From positions 110,670,001 to 110,734,000 of the forward strand of contig NC_082718.1 of the NCBI RefSeq assembly GCF_030144855.1: DNA of 64,000 bases. Direction: 5' to 3'. This DNA is from Hypanus sabinus. Lineage: Eukaryota. The position numbers and the translations under genes were made by a program. How positions within the stretch are numbered: position 1 is the first letter of the stretch; each line of letters starts with the position of its first letter. The notes under the pieces were generated by a model. That model made no database searches. It was not told where the DNA came from and saw nothing but the letters and a program-made list of their open reading frames with translations. Below, piece after piece: positions 35,748 to 49,054 of this stretch.

Positions 35748-36769
35748 AACCCAACCTCTCTATCTGCAGATTAGATGTAAAGGAGTAGGCTGTGTTAACT
35801 TGTCTGATCCTGGGATCAAACATGTGAACCTCCAAAGGAAGTTTATAGGAAATAAAGTAAGAAATTGCAGTGATTTTAGTGTTTGCTTAATGACAAACAG
35901 TTCACAATTGTTGCATTAACACTTCCCCAATGTTAGCAGAGTAATAGCATTAAATAAAGCTGGAAAATTAGCAGCGATGGAGTAAATGGAAGGAGAAGAT
36001 AATTTAATAGCTATCATTTACTTTAATTGGTAAGGAAAGAGGATGCAATATAAATTCAACACATCATGACACTATAAATGGGAAGCAGCAACAGCTCACT
36101 TAACTTTATAGCTTTCATGTAAAGACAGTGTTGTACTAGAAAGCATCTCCAGTGAAATGTCTATTTAATACCTTCATCCATTTTACTTTACATAGTTTTG
36201 CAAAAAGCTACAAAAGCCATGAATAAATTACCTTACATGGAGGATTTGGGAAGCAGCATCTGCGAATAACTACTCAAAAGTTTAATGGAAGGCCTATCAC
36301 CAAACTAATATTGCCTATTAATGTGGCAGATAGTGATGAAGACAAACATATAACAAGGCATATGTAATTAACTAGTTCACTGGCAATTACAGTGAGGACC
36401 ATACATCAGAACATTACACCATAAATGTCCTTCCATCATCGTGACCCTCTCTGTCTCATCCACCCCTATGTTTCTCAAAGAAAGCCTTCTGGCTTCCTGA
36501 ATTCCTGTGACCATACCATCACCATTTCAACTCTGCACTCCCCTTTCTAGACCTGTCTTCTTCTAAAAGGTACTTCCAAGATACTAGCTCTGTGATCAAG
36601 TATTTACTCTACAAATCTTCCCCTGTTGGAATGGAGATATTAAGACAGGAAATTAAATAACACGTAATGAGAACCAGCAACAGCTAAGCTAATGAAACAC
36701 AGGCAAGGGGACTACCTCAGAATGGATGAGTTGAGCCGAAGGACCTGTTTTCCAATCTATATGAAGCTG

Positions 36770-37230
36770 TAGAGAATCATGGTCTCAGCTCAATATTTCA
36801 TGGGAACATCCCTCCCCACCAACAGCAGAATCTACATGAAGCGTTTCTTCAAAAAGCCAGCACTTATCATCAATGATCCCCACCAGACCATTTACTTACT
36901 ATTATTATTAATGGGTAGGAGGTACAGAAGCCTAAAATCCCACGCAAGAACAGCTACTTCCCTTCAACCATGAGACTGCTTGAATCAAACTGCACAATCC
37001 TTATCACTACCTCAGTATAGAAACAACCATTTCCTCTGCAATTGACATTTTTCTGTTGTAATTGCCCTTTTTTCTTGTAAAATCTGTCTTCTGTGTATAA
37101 TTTATTTTTGTTTTTCTTATGAATGATATTTATCTGATGCTCTGCACCTGTGATGCTGCTGCAAGTGTTTTATATTGCACCTGTTTATACATGGACTTGT
37201 GCATATGACTCAACATTAACTTTAACTTTA
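36770..37230 (+). mobile_element. Rex1-type 3' fragment
   Basis: ORF fragment IINDPH...GRRYRSLKSHART, then 3' UTR. Confidence 0.65.
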
Positions 37231-37314
37231 TGACTCCAATGTTTTACTGTAACCACGTTGCTGCAAACTCAAAACAAGTAAATGATGTTGTTATACTTCT
37301 CCTTCTCCCTCAGT

Positions 37315-37945
37315 TGGCTCAAGCTTTCCTCATAACACATGCTCTCTAATCCAGGTATCATCCTGGTAAATCTCCTCTCTAAAGCTTCCACATCTTTCCA
37401 ATACTGCAAGCAAAAATGGATATAATACTCTGTCTGAATACAAAAGACAATAGACAATAGGTGCAGAAGTAGACCATTCAGCCCTTCGAGCCTGTACTGC
37501 CATTCTGAGATCGTGACTGATCATCTACTATCAATACCCGGTTCCTGCCTTGTCTCCATATCCCTTGATTCCCCTATTCATAAGATACCTATCTAGTTCC
37601 TTCTTGAAAGCATCTAGAGAATTGGCCTCCACTGCCTTCTGAGGCAGTGCATTCCAGACCCCCACAAATCTCTGGGAGAAGACGTTTTTCCTTAACTCTG
37701 TCCTAAATGACCTACCCCTTATTCTTAAACCATGCCCTCTGGTACTGGACTCTCCCAGCATCTGGAACATATTTCCTGCCTCTATCTATAATACTCAAAT
37801 ACAACACTCAAACTGAATACAAGATATTCTAACCGTAATTTTATAGAGTTGCAATATTACCTCATGGTTCTTGAACTCAATCCTTGACTAATAAAGCCCA
37901 ACACACCATACACTTTCTTAGCCACCCAATCATCTGCATGTGCCA
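37315..37945 (-). mobile_element. CR1 fragment with a younger CR1 3' end (~37443-37788) nested inside
   Basis: Inner ORF MFQMLGESSTRGHGLRIRGRSFRTELRKNVFSQRFVGVWNALPQ with (tctattg) tail; outer ORF KDVEALERRFTRMIPGL. Confidence 0.8.
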
Positions 37946-39914
37946 CTTCACCCAGCTCCACATCCTGTCTATATCCTATTGTGACCCATAACTACCTTCT
38001 GCATGTTTGCATTCGTCACCACCTTCTCGAGGACACTAATGTCTGGGGAATAAATGCAGGGCTTTTTCTCAATGCCTGGATACTTCACCCCAACCCTTCT
38101 GCCAAAAAAAAACATCTGTGTTGTTGTCCCTGTAATCTAACTCTGTTTGCCAAGGCAGTGTTCAAGATAGTTCCTTTGAAGAAAGGCAGCTCTGTGGATT
38201 AAATTCCCTTTGCACAAATGATTGACGGACTGTTCTTGCAACAGGATCTCTGGCAAAATGAGCTTGTCATGTTGTTTCTCAATAGAAATATCAGCTGGGG
38301 TCACAGAAGCACACCGTAATTGATTAACCTCACTGTAACAATAGTACAGGAACTGAGATGTTATCGGATGATACCATACGGCAGTTGACTCAGATCACAA
38401 GCTTGCCACATAAATTTATGGACTGAAAGCTGCCATCACACACTTTCTCAGGTGCTCCCAGGCACTGCTGGTGGCTGTCAACTCCTGAGCCACTGCTGTT
38501 GATAAATTTCATCAATAAAAACCCTTCTGGTGACTTGTGCAGGTTTGGAGTGGCTTATAGAAGACTGTTGCTATATTTCACATTGCAGAACAGGTAAAAC
38601 TGAAAGCTTGCCAATTTTGTAGCAGCTTTCAGATCTTGCATACAAAGAAAAATATTTTGTTTACGTATAGTTGCTGCAATACTGTAGGAATCATGCCAGA
38701 CAGAGATCTCCAACAAATAAGAGTATAATAAATGCCAGATACATTAGTCTGTTTCAAGTGGAAGCAAGTTATTCTTGATCCAGAGGGACTATATAAGAAG
38801 TCAGGCACTTAGAATCATAACATTGTATGGAATGGAAAAAAAGGCACCTCTGCCCATTCTTGTCTATTGCAAGTGTGTATTTAAGCTAATCCCATTTCCT
38901 AGCACCTGGCACATATCCCTCTAAGATATCCAAATACCTGTCCAAATATCTCTTCTGTGTATATTACTGTGCAAAAGTCTTGGGAACATATACATAGCAA
39001 GGGTGCCAAAGATTTTTGCACAGTTCTGTACAGGAAGAAATAAGAGCACTTAGCTCTGTATTAGCTCAGTAGTATTGTGTGATTTGGTAACTGGGAAGAT
39101 AATATACAGTTCTGTACCATAGCTATATGTATGTGGCTAAGACTTTTAGACAGTTCTGTACCTAATATACCTACCTGAATCACTTCCTCCGGCAACTGGC
39201 TCCATACATCTGCCACCTGCTGTGTAAAAATGTTGTGCTTATTAAACCATTCACCTCTAAACTTAAAACTATGTGAGTGATCGTTTTCCCAGGGTTGGGG
39301 ATTCGAAAACCAGATTACATACAAAGTGGGCTAGCACTCCAGTGAGAGGGACAGAAGGAATGTTACACTGTGACTGATCTTTCATTTCAGATGAGTTCTA
39401 AAACAAGGCATTATTTGCTCCCTTGGTCCTGGGATTGATGCTGAGTAGTGAGGCCTGAGAGTCAATCGGAAGTTGAGGAAGGATGGCCAGAGCACCTGAG
39501 TTTGTGAATCTCTGTGAGTCCACCAGGGAAGTCAAAAACCAATGTCTGTGAGCCCGAGTTTGAGTCTGCAGTGAGCTGGAGGCTGCAAACTGGTGGCCAA
39601 AGGTGACCTTTCCTGAGATGGGAGGACTCTGTGCATGAATGTGTGAGTGGGAGGGAGGAACAGAGCTTGTTTTCCTGTTGTTTTGTTGTGTCCTGTATTG
39701 TTCAGCCAAGCATTGTGTAACAAAATTTGCAGGCTGCCCCTAGCACATCCTTGGGTTTATTGGTTGTTAACACAAATGACACATTCACAGGAAGTGCAAT
39801 ATACACCTGATAAAAAAAACTTGAATCTTGAATCAAGGATGGATGTAGGAGATCTCATGGAACCAGCAAAGGATTTATCAAGGGATCCAGTCTTTGCTTA
39901 ATCCACACATAGGC

Positions 39915-40408
39915 ATTGACCTGCCCACCACTGAGTACATCTACAAAGTTTGTACAAGGAGCACTGACTCAAGAAATTAGCATCCATCAGCAAGGACTGC
40001 CACCATACAGATCATGCACACATCTTGCAGCTGCAATCAGAAAGGAGGTACAGGAGCCTTAGGTCCCACACCACCGTGTCAGGAACAATTATTAGCCTTC
40101 AAGCACTAGGCTTCTGAATCAATGTGGATAACTTCACTCACCTCTAAACTAAGCTAATTCCACAGCCCATGGACTCACTTTCAAGGATTCTACAACTCAT
40201 ATTCTTAGAACTATTTATTTGTTTATTTTTTATTTGCACTTTCTGCCTTCTTTTGCACATTGGTTGTCAGTCTGCATTGTTTTTCATTGATTCTACTGTA
40301 TATCTTAGTTTTACTGTGAATGTCTGCAAGAAGATGAATCTCAAGGTAGTATATAGTAATATGCACAGAACATAATGTGATAATAAGTTTACACTTTGAA
40401 CTTTGAAC
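39915..40408 (+). mobile_element. Rex1-type 3' fragment
   Basis: aggaggtacaggagccttaggtcccacaccacc...tgcaagaagatgaatctcaaggtagt...(actttga) tail. Confidence 0.7.
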
Positions 40409-40967
40409 AATATTATTCAGAAAACTAACAGTTGTTAACTTATTATTGTTGGTGAGAACTTGCTGCTTAGAAGCAGGTGGCTATGCTTCTACTGTAGTAT
40501 TAAACCAGTAGCTGTAATTAATTAGCTGCAAGATGCACCAAATTTGTGAAAGACACTAAATAAATGCCAACTTGACCTTCTGGTTGTTGGTTGTGGTCAA
40601 ACCTTTGTTTATATTGTGAAAGATAAACTTTAATAGCCACTACTCAAAACTTAGTGAACTTTGAGATAGTTCAGTCAGATTATTCTGAAGAAAAATAAGC
40701 GGTTTCAGATTTGGACAAAATGATGGATTATAATTGGCCCTGACCATCATGGGTATATTAATCTTTAGGATATGGTGATGAGCTGCATACTACATTAAAT
40801 GTCTCATTAAACTCTACATGAAAAAGCCTGGAGCCAAAATCCACTCCACTGTTTATGGCTGAACTATTAGTGAGAAACTTGGTCAGAGAATTGGAAGAAA
40901 CTAAAATGTATTTTTCCAATTAATTATTTAATAATTTTAGAAAATTGAACATGCCATTCAGCCATAA

Positions 40968-41300
40968 ATACACAAAATGCTGGGGGAACTCAGCAAGTCA
41001 GGTAGCATCTATGGAGAGGAATGAAGAGTTGACATTTCGGGCTGAAACCCTTCAATAGGAATTTTAGCCACTCAGAATATGCCATTTTGTCATTGGGCCT
41101 ATTTTGCCATTCAGAATTCTTTTCATCAAAACACCCTGACTCTATGTACACATGCCAGCTGTGGGTGAGGGACTGATGAAGGGTCTTAGTTCGAAACATC
41201 AACTGTTTCTTCCCCTCAATAGATGCTGCCAGACTCGCTCAGTTCTTCCAGCATCTTGTGTGTGTTGCTCAAGACTTCCAGCATTTGCAGAATCTTATGT
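40968..41300. mobile_element. Two PLE terminal fragments: minus 40968-41060, plus 41172-41300
   Basis: Both carry hammerhead remnants and the gatgct..ctga..tgctgagtt..ccagcatt tail. Confidence 0.75.
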
Positions 41301-42167
41301 ATTTATACAAACAAATACAATATGCTTGCCCTTTGCTGCTGATGATTAAGGGTGTGTGTTTGGGAATATTGAAGCAACATTAACTTCTGAAACGGTCCTG
41401 TAAAATGAATTGTATGTACAGAGCACTGTGAATATTGGTGAGTGCAACACTAATTCATATACATCCTTGCATTTTCCCCTCCTGTAAGCAAGCAGTCTTA
41501 AGATCAGAAACCACCAGCAGCCTTATTGTAAAATCCTTTGTCATTTCCCTTAATAAGTTCCACCCTAGAACAGAGGCCACTACTTTCACCAGTCTGAATA
41601 GCAGGTTGCCTGCTGAGAGACAGCACTCTGCTTCGGAATTGTCTTTTTCATAGCTTGGCAGGGCCATTTCCTGCTGTCGCCCAGGATGATATCTTGCCTT
41701 TCAGAACCACTGCAATGCCTTGTCTTGATGACTCAAGTTCTCATGTTGTATAATGACTCTCATCTTCCACCGATGGTGGTGATGAATGTGTCAGACATTC
41801 CTGGTACTGAGGATATTTGTTTTTATTTTCTCAACTATACAGTCACAAAATCAAGGATAAAGTAAGATTATTTGTGAAAATAATTTTTTTTTGACTTGCC
41901 AATTTTTATTAATGCACTACAAAAAGCATCCTATCTGGACACATCACAGCTTGGTATGGTAACTGCTCTTGCAATATACTACAAGAAACTGAAAAGAGTT
42001 ATAGACACAGATTAGCACAGCACAATCAATTGTTTAAATTGATGCAATTCTATCAATTACAATAGTTAAAGCTTTACACTGATCAACAGGAATTATTAGA
42101 CAAAGGGGATGGGACTGATGATCCAGTGTTGCACAAATAGATGACAGAAAATTGCTTTCCTTTGTTT

Positions 42168-43365
42168 AAGACCATAAATCTATAGAGATAGGAGCAGAAT
42201 AAGGTAATTTGGCCCATCAAGCCTGCTCTGCCATTTCATCGCAAGACCATAAGACATAGGAGCAGAATTAAGCCATTTGGCTCATCTAGTCTACTCTGTC
42301 ACTCAATCATGGCTTATTTTTTCCCTTTCCTCAGTCCCACTCCCCAGCCTTCTCCCCATAACCTTTGATGCTGTGGCCAAACAAGAAGCTATCAATCTCT
42401 GCCTTAAATACACCCACCAACCTGGCCTCCACAGCTGCCTGTGGTAACAAATTACACAAATTCACCATTCTCTAGCTCAAGAAATTTCTCCACAACTCTG
42501 TTTTAAATGGATGCCCCTCTATCCCTAAGCTGTGCCCTCTTGTCCTAGACTCCCCTACTATGGGAAACATCCTTTCCACATCTATCTGTCTAGGCCTTTC
42601 AACACTCCTTCTGCAGCCGACGTATTTTAATGAGATCTCCCCGTCATCCTTCTAAATTCCAGTGAGTACAGGTGCAAAGCCATTCAATGTTCATCACTGG
42701 TTAAACCTTTCATTCCCACTATTGCTCTTGAGACCCTCTCAGAATCCTCTCCAATGCCAGCACATCTTTTTGTGGATAAGAAGCCCAAAACTGTTCACAA
42801 TACTCAAGGTGAGGCCTCACCAGTGCCTTATACAGTGTTAGCATCATATCCCTGTTCTTATATTCTAGACCACTTGACCTACTAACATTGCATTTGCCTT
42901 CTTTACCATTGATTCAACCTGCAAGTTAACCTTTAGGGTGTTCTGCACAAAGACTCCCAAGTCCCTTTGCATCTCAGATTTTTTGATTTTTTTCCCTGGT
43001 TAGAAAATAGTCTGCACATTTATTTCTACTACCAAAGTGGATGTCCATGCATTTTTCAATATTGTATTTCATTTGTCACTCTCTCGCCCACTCTCCTAAT
43101 CTGTCTAACTCCTTCTGCAGCCTACATGTTTCCTCAAAACTACCTGCTCTTCCACCAATTTTCATATCATCTGCAAACTTGGCTAAGTAATCTATTCCAT
43201 CATCTAATTCATTGATATACGGCATAAAAGGAAATTGTTCCAACCCCTGCAGAACACCATTAGACACTGGCAGCCAACCAGAAAAGGATCCTTTTATTCC
43301 CACTTGCTGTCTCCTACCAATCAGCCACTGCTCTAAAAATGTCAGTAACTTTCCTGTTATACCAT
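42168..43365 (-). mobile_element. 5'-truncated CR1 (RT C-terminal half)
   Basis: ORF 43076..43303 INELDDGIDYLAKFADDMKIGG; same subfamily as 26912-28170. Confidence 0.88.
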
Positions 43366-43669
43366 TCTCACTAAACTACTATGCCCAAATAGACCAGGAA
43401 TGGATAACTAAGAACAAAAGGCCTAAGCCTAATGAGCCAAAGCCACTCCAAACACTGACCTACTCACAACAATGGTGGAATGATGGATAATCTGGAGAAT
43501 TAATGATTCTGTGTTTTCAATGTGCAGATTTCTGTGTCAATAATAGATGGATGAGTCTATGATCATTCTGTTCTCTTGCCTCTATTCATTTTCAAGAGAA
43601 AGTGTAAAAATGTCCCTGACTCAACTTAAAAACAGCCCAAAGAACTTTACAACCAGTGACATACTTTGG

Positions 43670-45490
43670 AAAGCTAGAAATGATGAGATAGCCTACAGAA
43701 ATGAGGTGGAAGGGCTCGAGGCATGATGCCAGGCAAATAACCTTTTCCTTAATGTCAACAAGATAAAGGAATGGTATCAAATTCAGAACTTGCACCACTC
43801 TCAGCCCCCCCCCTTTTAAATCGGCGGACAGCAATGGAAACTGCAAGCAGCTTCATACTCCGAGGAGTGCACATCACACACAAACTCGGCCCCAGAAGAC
43901 ATCCTACATGGTCAAGAAAGTTCACCAAAACCTCTACTTTCTGAGGAGGCTGAAGAGAGACGGACTTTGTACATCGATACCCACAACCTTCTACAAATGT
44001 GCGGTAGAAAGCACCTAACAATCTGCATCACTGCATAGTATGGAAAATGCACTGTGGAGGACAGGAAGTCTCTACAATGAGTCGAGCCACTATCAAAGTT
44101 CAAAGATCATACATATATTAAACAACCTTGAGATTTGTCTCCTTACAAACAGCCACAAAACAAAGAAACCCCAAAAGAACTCAGCTCACAAAAGACTAAC
44201 AAACAACCAACGTGCAGAAAAAGAGAGAAAAATAAACAATAAAAGTAAGCAAATAACACAGAACTGAAGCTTTACAAAAGACACAAAGCCAAGTAGCACT
44301 GCAGCTGCAATAGGCCACAGCTTCAGGTCAACTCAGGTCTGAGAAAACATCACTGAGCAGTGAGCAGAACCGAGCAGAACCAGTCCATCTCTTGCTCTGG
44401 TCCCAACACCCTGACCTTTTCAATCTGGCGCCACAGTTAAATCATCCAAACATCAGGTTGTTTTTTGTTTTCGGACAGCTCTGGGACCTGGAATGTGCCA
44501 CCAAAATTTGGCCTGTACTTGATCTTTCCAAGTCAGCTCAGCACTTAAATCAATCAGATGTCAGGACTTCCTCTGCTCCCAACTTCACCTCCACTTGCCA
44601 CTGCCATGTCTCACCTTTGCCTCCGCCGCCACTCAGCTGTTCACCTCTCTATTGTTAGCAGTGAATGTTATTAATAACATTTTATTGGCAAAGTGTTTTG
44701 TAGCTTTCTTTGTTTTGCATTTTGCTGCCAATAAGTAGTCACTGAGCATCACCAGTGCCATCTTAAACTGAATATATATCAAGGACATATATACAGAACA
44801 GTGCTGGAAAACAGTCAGTAACATCGTGAAGGATCCCACAAATCCTCTTCATGGACTGTTTTTCTCATGAAGAGGATTTGTGGAAGAAGGCTATGTAGCA
44901 TCCATGCCAAGACCAAAAATTAGTTACTTTCCTCAAGCTGTAAGGCTGATCAACACCTTCACCCACACCTTCCACCACTAGACTCACGAAGTTACAGAGT
45001 CATAGAACACTACAGCACAGAAACAGACCCTTCTATTCATCTAGTCTATGCTGAACCTGCCTCATTCTATCAATCTGCACCTGGACCATAATCCTCCATA
45101 TCTTTCCCATCTATGTACCTATCCAAATTTCGTTTGAATGTTGAAATTGACCCCTGTCCACCACTTGTGGACAGGGGTCATTCCACACTGAGTGAAGAAG
45201 TTCCCCTCATGTTCCCCTTAAACACTTCACCTTTCACCCCAAACCCATGATCTCTAGTTGTAGGGTCACCTTATTATTTCACGTCAGTCACCTTATGTAC
45301 AGCCTCGCATCACTTTATGGACATACAATCTATGTATATAGTTATGTATTTATATTTATTGTGTCTTTTTTATTATTGTTATTGTGTTCTTTATCTTTGT
45401 ATCTTCTTCTGTGCTACTTCGAATCCAGAATCACAATTATTTTGTTCTCCTGACACTTGTGTACAGGAAAAGACAAAAAATAATCTTAAA
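43670..45490 (+). mobile_element. Rex1/Babar-type RT 3' part, split by insertions (~44090-44790 and CR1 ~44995-45262)
   Basis: NDEIAYRNEVEGL, LNVNKIKE, LYFLRRLKR, SITA.YGKC; resumes at ~44800. Confidence 0.65.
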
Positions 45491-45564
45491 GTGAAGGAAA
45501 AAATAAAAGCCAATTTGCATTCTGCAAGTTCCCAAGAAAGGAACTATGGCCATAATTGAGTAAG

Positions 45565-46520
45565 ATACTGAAAATGCTGGAGAAACTTAGCAGCATAGGC
45601 AGCATCTATGAAAATGAATAAGTGTTGACATTTTGTGCTGACACCCTTCATCAGGACTGGAAAGGAAGGTGGAAAATGCCAGAATAAGAAGGCGGGAGTA
45701 GTGGGAGAGGAAGGAGGAAAAGCTAGAAGGCGATAGGTGAAGCCAAGTGGGTGGGGGAGGGGGGGGATGAAGTAAGAAGTTGGAAGGTGATAGGTGGAAA
45801 AGGTAAAGAGACGGAGAAGAAGCAATTTGATAGGAAAGAAAAGTGGTCCATGGGAGAAAGGGAAGGAGGAAACAGAAAAACCTACAGCACAATACAGGCC
45901 CTTTGGCCCACAAAGTTATGCCGAACATGTCCCTACCCTAAAAATTACTAGGGTTACCATGTACCTATCCAAAAGTCTCTAAAAAAACCCTATCGTATCC
46001 GCCTCCACCACTGTTGCCGGCAGCCCATTCCACACACTCACCACTCTCTGCATAAAAGACTTACCCCTGACATCTCCTCTGTACCTACTCCCCAGCACAT
46101 TAAACCTGTATCCTCTTGCAGCAACCATTTCAGCCCTGGGAAAAAGCCTCGGACTATCAAAAAGCCTCTGACTAGCGTCTGAGGAAGGGCACCAGAGGGA
46201 GGTGATTGGTAGGTGAGGAAAAGAGGTAAGAGACCAGTGTGGAGAATTGAAGAAGAGGGAGGGGGAGGGGGGAAATTGCCAAGTTGGAAAAATTGATGTC
46301 ATGCTATCAGGTTCATGACTAAATGATCCACCATTAGTCATTATCATTCCCTTCTCTTCACGGTTCAATACTGGCTATCCTTCCTCTATCTTTCAATCCA
46401 GATGAAAGGGTCTCAATTTAAAATACAACCTCCTTCCACAGATGCTGCCTGACTCATTGAGTTCTTCCAGCATCATGTGTCCCCCCCCAAGATTCTAGCA
46501 TCTTGTAGTCTCTTGTGTCT
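45565..46520. mobile_element. PLE fragments (minus 45565-46320, plus ~46340-46520) interrupted by a CR1 3' end (~45870-46165, minus)
   Basis: Purine-rich PLE region with decayed hammerhead at ~45622-45660. CR1 ORF fragment LFPRAEMVAARGYRF..FMQRVVSVWNGLP. Confidence 0.75.
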
Positions 46521-47739
46521 CTACCTGTAGTGAGGAGAGTTGAGAGATAAATATTGGACAGAGAGTTCTTATTTAGCAACTCAACTAACAAATTGCACTC
46601 CCACTCCTACATTTCTAAACTGGTGATTCCTGACAATCTGGTTTTGGTTTAGCAACTTGATGGAAATTTGACACCCCACCAGTACTGGTGCATCCCACAG
46701 CACTGGACTGAGGACTCCTGGCAAATCTGGGATGTGACTGTCACCAAAGAAAGGAATCAAGTGGAAAAGTTGAAGATTTGCCAAGAAAATTCAAAGCCCA
46801 AGTAAATATATTTAAAAGTATGTATATGGCTCCATACACTACCTTGAAATTTATTTCTTGCAGGCATTTACTGGAAAATAAAGAAATACAATTGAATTTA
46901 CAAAAAATATGCATAGAGAATGACAACCAATGTGCTAAAGAAGACAAACTGTGCAAATAAATAAAATTATAAATAAATAATTCCTAAAACATGGATTGTA
47001 CAGATCTTGAAGGTGAGTCTGTAATTAATGGTTAAGATGAGAAATTTGAGCATAATTGTATCACTTAGCTGATCTAATGCTGGAAAGATAGGGGAATTCA
47101 CTGATAGGCAAAGCCTGTGAGACAATAAGGACATTGCCACAACATGTTAGGCTTACAGACAAAGAAACTATAGAAATAAAGGATCAAATCACTGAAAATC
47201 CACAGAACACTGTCAGAAAAAAAATGTGATTATAAGCAAGCCACATGCAAATTACAAGAAAAATTACAATTTAGACAATGCACTAGCTGATCTAATTAGG
47301 TTGAGTAGCATATGTAGCCTGTGTAGCCTATAAGCATTTTTACTTTTAACCAAAAAGATTGTATTCATTTTAAAGCCATATGCTGCAACCTTTGTCTCAG
47401 GCATTTGCCCAATGTTACTAGAATGTGTAACCTTAAAATAGGGTCCTTAAAATTGCTTTGTGTCATTTTTCCTTTATCGGTGGCACAGCACTATGGCTCA
47501 ACCCAAAATAACTAGTGAAAGTCAGATAAAGAGCAAAAGCTTCTGATGTGCAGTTTTCAGAGCAGCACAGTTGAGTCTCCCTATGTAATCCAGTGCTGAA
47601 ACTGATGTTGGTAAAGCAAGTTCTCACAGCTGCCAGCATGTAACCTAGCAGGTGCAGTCTCAGCAGCCAGCTCTCACAGGACACACTGCAAAACAACATT
47701 TCCTGCGGAGTGAGTGTTGCTGATGAATGAATGAAATTA

Positions 47740-47870
47740 AAGTCCTGATAAAGGGTCTTCTTGGCCTGAAAAGTTGACCGTTTATTCCTTTCCATATATA
47801 CTGCCTGATGACCTCTAGCATTTTGTGTGTGTGACTCTGGATTTCCAGCATATGTAGAATTGTTTGTGCT
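47740..47870 (+). mobile_element. PLE terminal fragment
   Basis: agtcctgataaagggtcttcttggcctgaaaag...ggatttccagcat. Confidence 0.7.
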
Positions 47871-48190
47871 TAAAGTTTAAAGATTACCTTTATTTGTCAC
47901 ATGTACTATATGTTGAAACATACAGACAAATAACATACAAACAAACAACACTGTCTGAGGGTGGAGCTGGGGGAAGTTTGCAAGCGTTGCTACCCCACTG
48001 GTGCTGACATAGCGTGCCCACACTCATTAACCCTAACAGTACATCTTTGGAATGTGGGAAGAAACCAGAGCACCCAGAGGAAACCCGTGCAGTCATTGAG
48101 AGAACATACAAACTCCTTATAGACAGAGGTGGGAGTCAAACCTGGTCAATAATTATTGGCATAGTAAAGCAATTGTGCTAACAGCTTTGT
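47870..48190 (-). mobile_element. V-SINE
   Basis: ggaatgtgggaagaaaccagagcacccagaggaaacccgtgcagtcattgagagaacatacaaactcc is the V-domain reverse complement. Confidence 0.8.
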
Positions 48191-49054
48191 TGAGTTAGCA
48201 CTGGATGGGTGCTGTAATAACTAAAGAAGAATGGGAGAAGGCTCCTGGGGAGTCACGGGAACCAGAATAGGCTGGCTCAGAACAGCACCATAGAAAAATG
48301 GTGATAAGTGGAAGGGGCATGGGAGGGACTGTCAAGGGGCAAGAACAGATCATTTTGGCAGGAGATTTAGCAGGGACATGAATAAAGTTTGTGAAGGTCA
48401 CTTGTCTGGGGAAAGGTACAATATAAGGAAATGTCTGTGTCTACTATGGCTGCCCTGTAGGTGGTAGATAAAGTAGATGAAGTCTTCTTGAGGGTGGTTG
48501 TCTTGGCTTTCCTGCTGTAACAAGCTGTGAGATGGGGCAGGGGTTAGAGGCCTGGTGAGATCCTGGGACATAGTCATGGTAACCCTGGCCTTCATGTCCA
48601 AAGGTGAGTTTAAGGTCTTAGATCACAGATCTGTGTTGGGACAAACACAGTTTGACTGTAGTCCCTTTAAATAGAACACTTCCAAAGATACAGAGTTAAT
48701 AAAGCCCACTTGTTCTTTGAGGATAGGAAAATTAATGTCTGTCAGAACAGTGTGGCTGAAAATATCACTGCAACTGAGTTTTACATCCAACACTACCTCT
48801 GACATCATTTGAGGGAGCTTCACACCAAATGACTGTGACAAAAGCACCACTGACAGGGATGCCCAAAACCTGCCTCCATCCTGAACAGCATCTCTTCCTG
48901 AGAACATAATCAAAGCCTGTCAGGACATATTCACGTCAATTTTAGAAACAGATTAATTGTATAAGGCACATCGCATGTGGCCTGAAACAGAAGATGCAAC
49001 ATGTAGATTTACCCTGGCTCACAATAATTATTTTCCATTTGTGTGTTAGGAACA

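Noticed and set aside
41726-41810. Possible C/D box snoRNA (TGATGA...CCGA..GTGATGA...CTGA)
   Set aside because: C box lacks the leading purine, there is no terminal stem, and I could not recognise an rRNA/snRNA antisense element. A snoscan/Rfam search would settle it.
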